Sequence record: SRR20825019_1396
Strand: one strand, 5' to 3'
DNA: 34,255 bases
The position numbers were made by a program, and so were the translations under genes. Under the pieces are notes generated by a model, which had not been told where the DNA came from, made no database searches, and was given only the letters and a program-made list of their open reading frames with translations. Below, piece after piece: positions 8,727 through 17,839 of this stretch; within the stretch, counting starts at the first letter, position 1; each line of letters starts with the position of its first letter.

Positions 8727-10126
8727 TCTACTTTATCCTTTACGACTTGAGCAAGCATCTCAGCTTCTACTACTGCTTTGCCATTCACATATCCTACTCC
8801 TCCCATGTTGACCAATCCTCTTCGAATTGGCGAAATCAATTTTAAATCAAACACGATAGTATCTCCTGGAAGTACTTTCTGTTTAAACTTAACATTGTCA
8901 ATTTTCATGAAATAAGTAGAATACAAATGCGGCTCATCTACTTTGCTAAGTGCAAAAATACCACCTACTTGAGCCATTGCTTCGATCTGTAATACTCCAG
9001 GAAAAACAGGATTTCCAGGGAAGTGTCCTGTGAAAATTGGCTCGTTCATTGTGATGTTTTTCACACCAACAATTGTCTCTTCTCCAATCTCCATGATTTT
9101 ATCCACCATGAGGAATGGGTAACGATGAGGAAGCATTTTCTCGATGTCGTTGATATCGTACAAAGGAGGTTTAGAAAGATCAAATGTCTTTCCAGCTTTC
9201 GCTTTACTCTTCATGTACTCTTTCAGAACTTTAGCGAAGCGAACATTTCCAGAGTGACCTGGACGTGCTGCCAAAATATGTGCTTTTAACGGTTTTCCAA
9301 TGAGGGCTAAATCACCAACAATGTCGAGTAACTTATGTCTAGCAGGCTCATTCTCAAACTGTAATTTTGTACTGTTAAGAACGCCTATTCCGTCTACTGT
9401 AATTTTTAAATCCTCTTTACCTAGTAGCTTCGCAAGCTCGTCTAGCTCGGATTTATTAACATCAGTTCTTTCAACTAAAACGATTGCATTGTCGAGGTCT
9501 CCCCCTTTTATCAATCCATTTTTAGCTAAAAATTCCAATTCTCTTAGAAAAACAAATGTTCTGCATCCTGCAATCTCAGTTTTGAACTGATCGATATTAT
9601 ACATCGTTGCATGTTGCGTTCCGAGCACTGGCGACTTATAATCAACCATTACTGTGATTCGGTGATGCACATCTGGAACAGCTAAAAATTCAATTCCTCT
9701 TTCAGTATCTTCCCAAGGAATGTTTTCATCCAATTCAAGGTATTCTCGGACAGCAGTTTGTTCCTGATATCCAATTTTTTCGAAAGCGTCCACAAAAATC
9801 TTAGAGCTTCCATCCATGATTGGAATTTCGGGAGCGTTTAACTTTATCAAGGCGTTATCTACTTGACAACCGTACAATGCAGCGAGAATATGCTCAGTTG
9901 TATACACTCTTGCACCGTTTTGCTCAAGGGTAGTTCCTCTATCGGTTGCCACTACCAAATCACAATCTGCATTGATTATTGGTTGGTCTTCGAGATCAAC
10001 TCGTTGGAATTTATATCCGTGATTATCAGGCGCTGGAACGATTTCCAAAGAGACTTTCTCTCCTGTATGTAATCCTATTCCGTTAAATGTTACTGACTCT
10101 TTGAGCGTTCTTTGTTTATCAACCAT
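8723..10126 (-). CDS. lpxC/fabZ: Bifunctional LpxC deacetylase / FabZ dehydratase fusion
   Basis: LpxC motifs GIGLHTG, TTEHILAAL, HKLLDIVGDL; FabZ motifs LPHRYPFLMVD and GHFPGNPVFPGVLQIEAMAQ. Confidence 0.96.
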   Translation of the reverse strand: MVDKQRTLKESVTFNGIGLHTGEKVSLEIVPAPDNHGYKFQRVDLEDQPIINADCDLVVATDRGTTLEQNGARVYTTEHILAALYGCQVDNALIKLNAPEIPIMDGSSKIFVDAFEKIGYQEQTAVREYLELDENIPWEDTERGIEFLAVPDVHHRITVMVDYKSPVLGTQHATMYNIDQFKTEIAGCRTFVFLRELEFLAKNGLIKGGDLDNAIVLVERTDVNKSELDELAKLLGKEDLKITVDGIGVLNSTKLQFENEPARHKLLDIVGDLALIGKPLKAHILAARPGHSGNVRFAKVLKEYMKSKAKAGKTFDLSKPPLYDINDIEKMLPHRYPFLMVDKIMEIGEETIVGVKNITMNEPIFTGHFPGNPVFPGVLQIEAMAQVGGIFALSKVDEPHLYSTYFMKIDNVKFKQKVLPGDTIVFDLKLISPIRRGLVNMGGVGYVNGKAVVEAEMLAQVVKDKVE

Positions 10127-10131
10127 TCAGG

Positions 10132-11172
10132 TTATTGTTTGGTTAGTTCTTTGATTTTATCTTCTATCTTCTTCAGTCGTTCTGAGATCATTGGTAATCT
10201 TCTGAACCCAAGGTAGGATTTTTTATACTCATCGCTATTAAAAGCTGGAGAACCCATTATTTTCTCGTCATCTTTTACATTTCCTCCAACACCCGATTGA
10301 GCTGCGATTTTCACGCGATCTCCTATTTTCAAGTGTCCAGCAAGTCCTGCCTGACCTCCAATCAACACATTGTTGCCGATTTTTGTTGATCCAGCGATTC
10401 CTGTTTGAGCCGCCATAGCCGAGTTTGATCCAACTTCAACATTATGTCCAATTTGAACAAGGTTGTCGATTTTAGCTCCTTTTTTGATTCTAGTGCTTCC
10501 CATTGTAGCTCTATCAACCGTAGAATTCGCTCCAATATCAACGAAATCTTCTAGTACGACATTACCAATTTGCGGGATCTTTTGAAATTCGCCTTTTTCA
10601 TTCGGTGCGAAACCGAATCCATCAGCACCAATTACAGCTCCTGAATGAATGATGCAATTTTTTCCTATAACACAATCACGGTAAACTGTTGCGCCAGGAT
10701 AGATTGTTGTTCCATCTCCGATTGTTACGTTTGGTCCAATTGTTACATTAGGATAAATCGCAACATTATTTCCAACTACGGTGTTCTTTCCGATGTAAGA
10801 AAATGCACCAAGGTAAACGTCTTCTCCGATCGTTGCCGTTTCATCAATAAATGAATTTGGCTCAATTCTCGGCGCTTCTTTACTCATCCCATCATACAAC
10901 TCTAGTAATTTGGCAAAGCACGAATACGCATCTTCCACTTTTATCAGTGTAAGTGTTTCAGGTAATTTCGTAGAAGGTTGGAACGTATTATTTACGATAC
11001 AAATACTGGATCCTGTAGTATAGATGTATTCTTCGTACTTCGGATTCGCAAGAAAAGAGAGTGCTCCAGAGGTACCTTCTTCAATTTTTGCCAAAGCGTT
11101 TACTTCAGCAGAAGGATTCCCTACAATCGTCCCCTCAATCATGCCAGCAATTTGTTCCGCGGAAAATTTCAT
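10132..11172 (-). CDS. lpxD: UDP-3-O-acylglucosamine N-acyltransferase
   Basis: LSFLANPKY, GADGFGF, KIPQIG, KIDNLVQIGHNV and hexapeptide repeats. Confidence 0.96.
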   Translation of the reverse strand: MKFSAEQIAGMIEGTIVGNPSAEVNALAKIEEGTSGALSFLANPKYEEYIYTTGSSICIVNNTFQPSTKLPETLTLIKVEDAYSCFAKLLELYDGMSKEAPRIEPNSFIDETATIGEDVYLGAFSYIGKNTVVGNNVAIYPNVTIGPNVTIGDGTTIYPGATVYRDCVIGKNCIIHSGAVIGADGFGFAPNEKGEFQKIPQIGNVVLEDFVDIGANSTVDRATMGSTRIKKGAKIDNLVQIGHNVEVGSNSAMAAQTGIAGSTKIGNNVLIGGQAGLAGHLKIGDRVKIAAQSGVGGNVKDDEKIMGSPAFNSDEYKKSYLGFRRLPMISERLKKIEDKIKELTKQ

Positions 11173-11176
11173 GTGT

Positions 11177-11184
11177 CAAAAATA
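11177..11184 (-). promoter_or_regulatory. -7 box 4 nt before the lpxD ATG
   Basis: - strand TATTTTTG-acac-ATG. Confidence 0.55.
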
Positions 11185-11246
11185 TAAAAAACAAAACGGT
11201 TGATAGTAGCCCAACGGTTCAATTATCAACAAGGTTGGTTTAATAG

Positions 11247-11933
11247 CTAATTACAGTTCGTATCAAAAGGGATATCAAAGAAGGTTACGTTCAACTTATT
11301 CTTGTACCAAATCATCTTCATTCCAATTTTATCTTCACCTTTCATTATTGTTAAATAATGCTCTGGCTTGGGTCTTATGGCTAGTTTAGAATTCGAAAAA
11401 TCTACTTTACCAGAGGATTTCAATAGTCTCAATACTTCTTTTGAATTAATAAATCCTAGCACATCTAATTGACATGTCATAAGGGAAGTTGAATCTGGAT
11501 AGATGAGCGTAGAATCGTTTGGAAAGTGAATAATTGATCCAAATCCTTGTTCAGAAGTTTTCATTTTTTTTGCGTTTCCTCCGATTTTCACCTCCGTAAG
11601 AAAACTCTCGTACGGGAGCGTAAAACTCATTTTCTTTCCTTCTTTCTCAATCACGTATACTTTTGAATCACCGTCCTTTTTACTTTCATCAAAAATAACA
11701 TCGCCGTCATTGAGTAATTCCAAGACAAAATCGTTCGAGATTCCTTGATTTTTCATGTCAGTAGCTGTTTCATCTGAAACCACCACCAAGCGATCTAGAA
11801 TACTATTTTTTACACGATTCCCTGGTAACCAAGCGCAACCTCTGTTCTGAAAAAAGAAGAAAACAAAAATTAATCCCAATCCAAAACCGAATCCGTAAAA
11901 CTTTAATCTTCGAAGCCAAGGAGAACTACCCAT
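11247..11933 (-). CDS. Membrane-anchored hypothetical protein with two DUF4258-like repeats
   Basis: N-terminal TM segment (FYGFGFGLGLIFVFFFF), C.WLP..RV motif, and repeated VLELLNDGDVIFDESK / VLRLLKSSGKVDFSNSK. Confidence 0.7.
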   Translation of the reverse strand: MGSSPWLRRLKFYGFGFGLGLIFVFFFFQNRGCAWLPGNRVKNSILDRLVVVSDETATDMKNQGISNDFVLELLNDGDVIFDESKKDGDSKVYVIEKEGKKMSFTLPYESFLTEVKIGGNAKKMKTSEQGFGSIIHFPNDSTLIYPDSTSLMTCQLDVLGFINSKEVLRLLKSSGKVDFSNSKLAIRPKPEHYLTIMKGEDKIGMKMIWYKNKLNVTFFDIPFDTNCN

Positions 11934-11947
11934 AATTTAATTTTCTG

Positions 11948-11955
11948 CAAAGATA
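11948..11955 (-). promoter_or_regulatory. -7 promoter box upstream of the 11247-11933 gene
   Basis: - strand TATCTTTG, exact TAnnTTTG, 14 nt before the ATG. Confidence 0.6.
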
Positions 11956-12048
11956 ATCACTATTTGTTTCATAAAGTGAGCGACCGTCCTTCCTTATTTG
12001 CCACTCATACATTTCTATTTTAGTATTTTTAAATTCAAAATTGAACCC

Positions 12049-12504
12049 ATGCGTATAGAGTCAACCTCAGTAAACGATTATTTAGACAAAATCCCAGAAG
12101 AAAGAAAAGAACACGTGAATAGACTGCGTGCAACGATCTTGGAAAATTTACCCGAAGGGTTTCAAGAAGAATTGAACTACGCCATGCCGGGATATGTTGT
12201 TCCACATTCGCTTTACCCAAGTGGATATCATTGCGATCCTAAACTACCGTTGCCGTTCATGAGTTTCGCATCTCAGAAAAACTTTGTTGCGTTTTACCAC
12301 ATGGGAATTTATGCAAATCCTGAGTTGTTGGATTGGTTTGTTGCTGAATTCCCGAAACACTCGAAGGCAAAGTTAGACATGGGAAAAAGCTGTATTCGAT
12401 TTAAAAAGCCGGAACAAATTCCTTTCGAATTAATTGGACAATTGGTCGGAAAAATGACCGTAAATGATTGGATTGAACTCTATGAAAAGAGCTTCAAACG
12501 ATAA
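12049..12504 (+). CDS. DUF1801 (YdhG-like) domain protein
   Basis: YVVPHSLYPSGYHCDP..PLPF..FASQKN.....HMG.Y and KLDMGKSCIRFKK. ATG at 12049 preferred over the TTG at 11998. Confidence 0.85.
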   Translation: MRIESTSVNDYLDKIPEERKEHVNRLRATILENLPEGFQEELNYAMPGYVVPHSLYPSGYHCDPKLPLPFMSFASQKNFVAFYHMGIYANPELLDWFVAEFPKHSKAKLDMGKSCIRFKKPEQIPFELIGQLVGKMTVNDWIELYEKSFKR

Positions 12505-12557
12505 CCTAAACGTCTGGCAAATTCACTATATTTACTAGTAATCAAACTACTGAACTT

Positions 12558-14657
12558 ATGAGAATTGCCGTTGTCATCTGCCTTTTTTGCGGACTTTATT
12601 CTTTCTCTCAAACTGATTTCATTCATGTAGATCAATTTGGTTATCAATCAACTGCACCAAAGTTGGCTGTTTTGAGTGATCCACAGATTGGATTCAACTC
12701 GAACCTTTCTTATACGCCATCCTCAAGCTTAACGGTTGTTGAAGCGTTAACTGGACAAGTTGTGTTTACAGGCAGTCCAGTTTTATGGAACAATGGCGCT
12801 ACAGATGATTTTTCAGGTGATCGCGGTTGGCATTTTGATTTTAGTTCTCTGACCGCAACTGGAACGTACTATATAAATGATGCTCAAAACAATATTCAAT
12901 CTCACCCGTTTGAAATTAGCTCTGCTCCTTACACTCAAGTGTTAAAAACAGCAACTCGCATGTTCTACTACAATCGCTGTTCTACGGACAAACCTGCTAC
13001 GTATGCTGGAGCAAATTGGAGTGACGGAATGTCCTTTTCGAATCCATTACAAGATGGAGAATGCCGATTCATTGACGATCCATTGAACAATGCCTTGCAA
13101 AAAGACTTGTCTGGTGGATGGTTCGACGCTGGCGACAATAACAAATATGTGACATTCGCCGAAAATGCGATCCATGATCTTATCGAAGCTTATGTAAATA
13201 ATCCTGCGGCATTTGGTGACGATTGGAACATTCCAGAAAGTGGAAATGGAGTTCCAGATATCTTGGATGAACTTAAATGGGAACTCGATTGGTTACTCAA
13301 GATGACAAACCCAGATGGATCTGCACAGATAAAAATGGGAAATCAGAACTACGGTGAGAATTCATCCTCTCCACCAAGTGCGAACACCGATCAGCGGTTT
13401 TATGGTCCAGCATGTACATCGGCTTCAGCGTCTATTGCGAGTATGCTTTCCCACGCAGCACTGTTGTTTGACACAATTCCAAACTTTCAGACGTACGCGA
13501 ATACCTTATCCACAAACGCGGAAAATGCCTTTAATTATGCGCTTCCTTATTTCAATAACGGAACCCTCGAAACGGATTGTGACGATGGAAGCATAGTCTC
13601 TGGCGATACCGATCGAAATCCAGAAGAACAAACTAATTCGTTGATAACAGCCTCAGTTTATCTCTACGAGTATACGAACAACGCTGCTTACGAACAATTT
13701 TTCATTTCCTATTCCATTCTTACTGATCAACTTTTCAATGATTATTGGGATCCGTATCAAATGCCGCTCAACGATGCGCTTCTTCACTATAAAACACTTC
13801 CAAATCCAGACAATAGCTTAGTGGCAGAAATCAACAACTCGATTTCAACTGCGGTAAACGGCAATTGGAACGATTATTATGGCGTTACGAATTTGACCTT
13901 GTATCGAGATTACATTCCGAATTGGGCATATCACTGGGGAAGCAATCGACCTAAAGCCGCTTTTGCAAGTTTAAACCTGCTGGTTGCCGACTATCAAGTG
14001 AATTTAAACACCGCGAGTCAACGACAAAGAGCACTAGAGATTCTACATTCGTTTCATGGTGTAAACCCATTGAATCTTGTTTATTTATCGAATATGTCCA
14101 ATTTTGGTGCAGAACAATCGGTGAATGAGCTCTATCACTTTTGGTTTAGCGATCAAACGGACTATGACAACGCAGCAACTTCACTTTACGGCCCAGCTCC
14201 CGGATACGTTGTTGGTGGTCCAAATAGAAACTTTTCTGTCAACACGCTCACCCCGCCTTACAACCAACCTAGCACTAAATCATATTTAGATTACAATTCT
14301 GGCTATCCACTGAACAGTTGGGAAGTAAGTGAGCCTGCCATCTACTACCAAGCGGCATATATTCGATTGTTATCAGGAATTATGAAAGTCTATGATCAAT
14401 CGACCAATGAGGTCTCAGAAAAAGAAAAAGTTTCGGAGTGGTTTATCTTTCCAAATCCAACTAACAGCGTCATACAACTCACTGGGATTTCTACGGCAGC
14501 AAAAATTGTGTTAACGAACGCACTTGGAGAAAAGGTACACGAATCACAAGGAATAGCTCCGATCAATGTTTCCTTCTTAAACTCCGGAACTTACTTTGTA
14601 AGCGTTTTTGAAAATGAAGAAAATCTAGGTATCAAACTATTTGTGAAGTCTTATTAA
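12558..14657 (+). CDS. Glycoside hydrolase family 9 with N-terminal Ig-like domain and T9SS type A C-terminal domain
   Basis: Signal peptide, IHVDQFGY Ig-like start, DLSGGWFDAGD, NGVPDILDELKWELDWL, C-terminal catalytic region SWEVSEPAIYYQA, then IFPNP...SGTYFV...KLFVK. Confidence 0.88.
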   Translation: MRIAVVICLFCGLYSFSQTDFIHVDQFGYQSTAPKLAVLSDPQIGFNSNLSYTPSSSLTVVEALTGQVVFTGSPVLWNNGATDDFSGDRGWHFDFSSLTATGTYYINDAQNNIQSHPFEISSAPYTQVLKTATRMFYYNRCSTDKPATYAGANWSDGMSFSNPLQDGECRFIDDPLNNALQKDLSGGWFDAGDNNKYVTFAENAIHDLIEAYVNNPAAFGDDWNIPESGNGVPDILDELKWELDWLLKMTNPDGSAQIKMGNQNYGENSSSPPSANTDQRFYGPACTSASASIASMLSHAALLFDTIPNFQTYANTLSTNAENAFNYALPYFNNGTLETDCDDGSIVSGDTDRNPEEQTNSLITASVYLYEYTNNAAYEQFFISYSILTDQLFNDYWDPYQMPLNDALLHYKTLPNPDNSLVAEINNSISTAVNGNWNDYYGVTNLTLYRDYIPNWAYHWGSNRPKAAFASLNLLVADYQVNLNTASQRQRALEILHSFHGVNPLNLVYLSNMSNFGAEQSVNELYHFWFSDQTDYDNAATSLYGPAPGYVVGGPNRNFSVNTLTPPYNQPSTKSYLDYNSGYPLNSWEVSEPAIYYQAAYIRLLSGIMKVYDQSTNEVSEKEKVSEWFIFPNPTNSVIQLTGISTAAKIVLTNALGEKVHESQGIAPINVSFLNSGTYFVSVFENEENLGIKLFVKSY

Positions 14658-14664
14658 AAAAGGC

Positions 14665-15267
14665 CTAATTGATCATAAACGATCCACTCACAACTATCTC
14701 GTTTGAATCTTCTTCTCTAATTTGAAACAGGTATTTTCCAATAGCTAATTCGGAAGCAGGAAGTTCGAAAAATTCACCCTCACTTTTAGAAGTTTGCACT
14801 TCGTTTCCGTTAAAATCGAAAATAGACAAAACGACTGTTTTTCCTTGATCATTGTCGAATCTCAATTCAGATTTGGAGACCACAGGATTTGGATAAAGCG
14901 CGTAATTTCCAGCACCAAAAAAGCGGACATTCACTTCAATAACCCATGAAAAACCAAGTCCACCGAGATTTAACCTGTAATAATTAACCGTGTTCAAGAC
15001 TGGAGTAGCATCCGTAAACGTATATCGAATAGATTCTTGGGTACTTCCACAGATTCCTTCAATGTCACCCACTTTTTCAAAATTCACCGAGTCAGTGGAT
15101 CTGAGAACATCAATTCCGTTGCAGGTATTTCCTTGTTTGACTTCCCATTCGAGAAAAACCTTTCCAGAAAACTCTGAGGCTTTGAAATACGGAATCACTG
15201 ATTCATTTTGAGCTGTCAGTTTAAAACTGAAAAATAATAGGATAAGAAAAATTGCAGTTGTTTTCAC
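14665..15267 (-). CDS. Small T9SS type A sorting-domain protein
   Basis: GTG start, signal peptide, short beta domain (V.LEW...RSTDSVNFEKVG...YTFTD.TP...NYYRL), and CTD (LYPNP...IFDFNG...GKYLFQI). Confidence 0.8.
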   Translation of the reverse strand: MKTTAIFLILLFFSFKLTAQNESVIPYFKASEFSGKVFLEWEVKQGNTCNGIDVLRSTDSVNFEKVGDIEGICGSTQESIRYTFTDATPVLNTVNYYRLNLGGLGFSWVIEVNVRFFGAGNYALYPNPVVSKSELRFDNDQGKTVVLSIFDFNGNEVQTSKSEGEFFELPASELAIGKYLFQIREEDSNEIVVSGSFMIN

Positions 15268-15325
15268 AAAAATAAAACGGCGTTCGATGGTTAATATTGT
15301 ATTCCAAAAAACAAATACTGAGCAT

Positions 15326-15358
15326 AAAAAAAGAGGTTACCTATTCGATAACCTCTTT
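15326..15358 (-). terminator. Intrinsic terminator of trxA
   Basis: 10-bp stem AAAGAGGTTA (15330-15339) / TAACCTCTTT (15349-15358) with a T-run on the - strand. Confidence 0.8.
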
Positions 15359-15378
15359 GAATATTTTGAGATGAATTC

Positions 15379-15696
15379 TTAAAGTAATCCGTCCAATTTA
15401 GAAGTCAATTGAGCTTCTGGAACTGCACCTACTGATTTATCTGCTACTTCACCATTCTTGATGAAAAGAACTGTTGGAATGTTTCTTACACCAAATTGAG
15501 CTGAAACTCCTGGGTTTTGATCCACGTTTACTTTTCCAATGACTGCTCTTCCTTCGTAATCTCCAGCCATTTTTTCAATTACTGGTCCAATCATACGACA
15601 AGGTCCACACCACTCTGCCCAAAAATCAACTACTACAGGTTTATCTGATTTTAATACTAGCTCTTCGAAGTTCGCATCTGTTATTTCTAATGCCAT
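15379..15696 (-). CDS. trxA: Thioredoxin
   Basis: VDFWAEWCGPC; ATG at 15696 (MALEITD) gives a canonical 105 aa protein. Confidence 0.96.
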   Translation of the reverse strand: MALEITDANFEELVLKSDKPVVVDFWAEWCGPCRMIGPVIEKMAGDYEGRAVIGKVNVDQNPGVSAQFGVRNIPTVLFIKNGEVADKSVGAVPEAQLTSKLDGLL

Positions 15697-15791
15697 TTTA
15701 TTTTGTTTTAAAAGTTTTCCTTTGATAAAATTAATTGTTATTCTCAATGACAACAACTTTGCCAAACAAATATTGGTGCCATCTTGTCATG

Positions 15792-16193
15792 CTAACTATT
15801 TTGCACCGACATTTTCTTTACTGTTTTTTGGTTATCTGTTTTCAGGCAGAAAAAATAATTACCATTCTCAATTTTAGACGAATCAAACCTGATAATATTA
15901 CCACCAATGTGACATTCTTTGGCTACAACTTCGATTACCTCTTCAAAATCGAGGTCCAAAATCAAGATTTTATACTGTTTAACCTTATCCGAAGTGAAAT
16001 AAAACTCGATCTCTCCTTTCGAAGGATTTTGTTCCAATCCATATAGAACGCAATAATCTTCTTTTGACGGATTTCCTTTACCTAGGACTTTTAACAATTT
16101 ACGGTAAGCAATAATTAAGATCAAAATAATCAACGTGACCCACAAAATGCCTTTTGCCGTTTCCCAGAAAGAATATGTATTTAGTATCATCAT
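15792..16193 (-). CDS. Hypothetical single-TM protein with a T9SS-CTD/FlgD-Ig-like domain
   Basis: TM segment GILWVTLIILILIIAY, then LEQNPSKGEIEFYF...FDSSKIENGNYFFCLKT...KKM. Abuts the upstream gene. Confidence 0.7.
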   Translation of the reverse strand: MMILNTYSFWETAKGILWVTLIILILIIAYRKLLKVLGKGNPSKEDYCVLYGLEQNPSKGEIEFYFTSDKVKQYKILILDLDFEEVIEVVAKECHIGGNIIRFDSSKIENGNYFFCLKTDNQKTVKKMSVQNS

Positions 16194-16460
16194 TTATAGT
16201 GCAATAAGACCTGGAATTTCAGCCGCCCGTTTATATTTCATTATGATAGAATCCACATCCATCATCATTTCTTTGGCTCCTACACTCATGTATTTACCCG
16301 TTTTCGAAGGGTGAAGCGTCAAGTCAACCGCATCATCGAAAAGCGCAGTCACTCTTGCGGTAAGATCAATCTCATTCGGAACAATGAATTTAAACAAATA
16401 TACTCCAGGCCATTCTTGAAGTTCTAATTGCTCCCTAAGTTTATCATATTCATCCGCCAT
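16194..16460 (-). CDS. DUF493 (YbeD-like) family protein
   Basis: WP..YLFKFIVP and SKTGKY.SV motifs. ATG at 16460 overlaps the upstream gene's end. Confidence 0.85.
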   Translation of the reverse strand: MADEYDKLREQLELQEWPGVYLFKFIVPNEIDLTARVTALFDDAVDLTLHPSKTGKYMSVGAKEMMMDVDSIIMKYKRAAEIPGLIAL

Positions 16461-17031
16461 GTCCTTCAAATTTTAACCACAAAGATAAACGTTTCGCTTC
16501 GGTCTTCAGTGGACTATTCCCTTCAATAAGGTTAATTTCTGTGAAAGAAGTCCATCCATTTGACTCCATTTCATTAATTGCAGAAAGAATTTCCATGGGA
16601 TCAGGCTCATTGCCAATCGGAACATCGGATATTTCGGAAACTTCCACTGAACTCCAGCACGCTGAATATGCCAGTGTAAGCTCAATCATACCGTTCATAA
16701 CGGTCTCAATTCCCCTTGCTGTTTGCTGAGCAAGTAGTTGTAACCTTAAGTTTCCTCGTTTTCGCGTGTACTCGCTAAAAATCTCTCCCACTTTCTTTTC
16801 TTGAAGATCCGTTGAAAGGATTGGAAGTTCAGTTTTTGATAACTCTCCCCCTAGCGTTACAAATGCCTCTTCGATTAACTTCAGTTTTTTAAGTTTACTA
16901 GTAATTAACTTAGATACTGGCATTTTGGAATTTAGAAACTGTTTGATTTCAAACACGGCTTCTTCGAAACGATCATCTAACGATTCGTCTTCGTTTTCAG
17001 GTAAATAAAGTAATGCTTCTTCCTTGGTCAT
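16450..17031 (-). CDS. Hypothetical protein (acidic, probably helical)
   Basis: 193 aa ORF overlapping both neighbours; no motif recognised. Confidence 0.75.
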   Translation of the reverse strand: MTKEEALLYLPENEDESLDDRFEEAVFEIKQFLNSKMPVSKLITSKLKKLKLIEEAFVTLGGELSKTELPILSTDLQEKKVGEIFSEYTRKRGNLRLQLLAQQTARGIETVMNGMIELTLAYSACWSSVEVSEISDVPIGNEPDPMEILSAINEMESNGWTSFTEINLIEGNSPLKTEAKRLSLWLKFEGHGG

Positions 17032-17783
17032 TCAATATTCTTCTTCTCCTTATTTGACCTCATTCGGATATTCAGAAATTCAACTAATAGCGCATAAACA
17101 AAGGCAAAGTAGATATATCCTTTCGGGATGTGCTCACCAAATGCTTCCGCAACCAAAATAACCCCAATGGCAACTAAAAAGCTTAACGCAAGCATTTTAA
17201 TCGTCGGTCGTTGATTAATAAAGTCTGAAATTTGTCTCGCAAAAATCATCATTACGATCATCGATACAATTACCGCAGCGTAAATAATGATCATTGGATT
17301 ATGACCTGTTTCTTTGGCCAAGTCATTCGTCATCCCAATCGCTGAAATAACAGAATCGAAGCTAAAAACAATGTCCACAAGCACAATTTGCGTTATTACA
17401 GCGGATAACTTAGGCTTTACTTTCGATTTTCCGCCTTCTTCTTCGCCTTGAACACTGTTGTGCATTTCCTTCGTACTCTTATAAATCAAGAACAAACCTC
17501 CTGCAAGAAGCACTAGCCCTTGACCTGTCATAACCTTTCCGAAGACTTCGAACAAAGGCTCGGTTAACGTCATTAACCAAGAAACTACTGTGAGTAATAA
17601 GAGTCTTACAATTAACGCCAACGAAAGACCAATATTTCGCGCTTTCTTTCGCTCAACATCAGGTAATTTGTCCGAAATAATGGAGATAAAAATGATATTA
17701 TCGATCCCCAAAACAATTTCGAGTAAACTTAAAATCAGAAAGTAAACAACTCCATCCCAAGTGCCTAAAATCGAAAAATCCAT
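17028..17783 (-). CDS. TerC-family membrane protein
   Basis: LEIVLGIDNIIFISI, GGLFLIYKS..E, DIVFSFDSVISAIG, HIPKGYIYFA. Confidence 0.93.
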   Translation of the reverse strand: MDFSILGTWDGVVYFLILSLLEIVLGIDNIIFISIISDKLPDVERKKARNIGLSLALIVRLLLLTVVSWLMTLTEPLFEVFGKVMTGQGLVLLAGGLFLIYKSTKEMHNSVQGEEEGGKSKVKPKLSAVITQIVLVDIVFSFDSVISAIGMTNDLAKETGHNPMIIIYAAVIVSMIVMMIFARQISDFINQRPTIKMLALSFLVAIGVILVAEAFGEHIPKGYIYFAFVYALLVEFLNIRMRSNKEKKNIE

Positions 17784-17839
17784 GCGTTTATTTTTGGTGT
17801 AAAGATAACTGATTCTTTCTGTTCGCGGGGGAACTTAAC

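Noticed and set aside
8723..10126. LpxC-FabZ fusion as a novelty
   Set aside because: This is a well-known Bacteroidota feature.
11199..11230. Imperfect hairpin GTTGATAGT...ATTATCAAC upstream of lpxD
   Set aside because: The stem is imperfect with a large loop; it may be a weak terminator, but support is insufficient.
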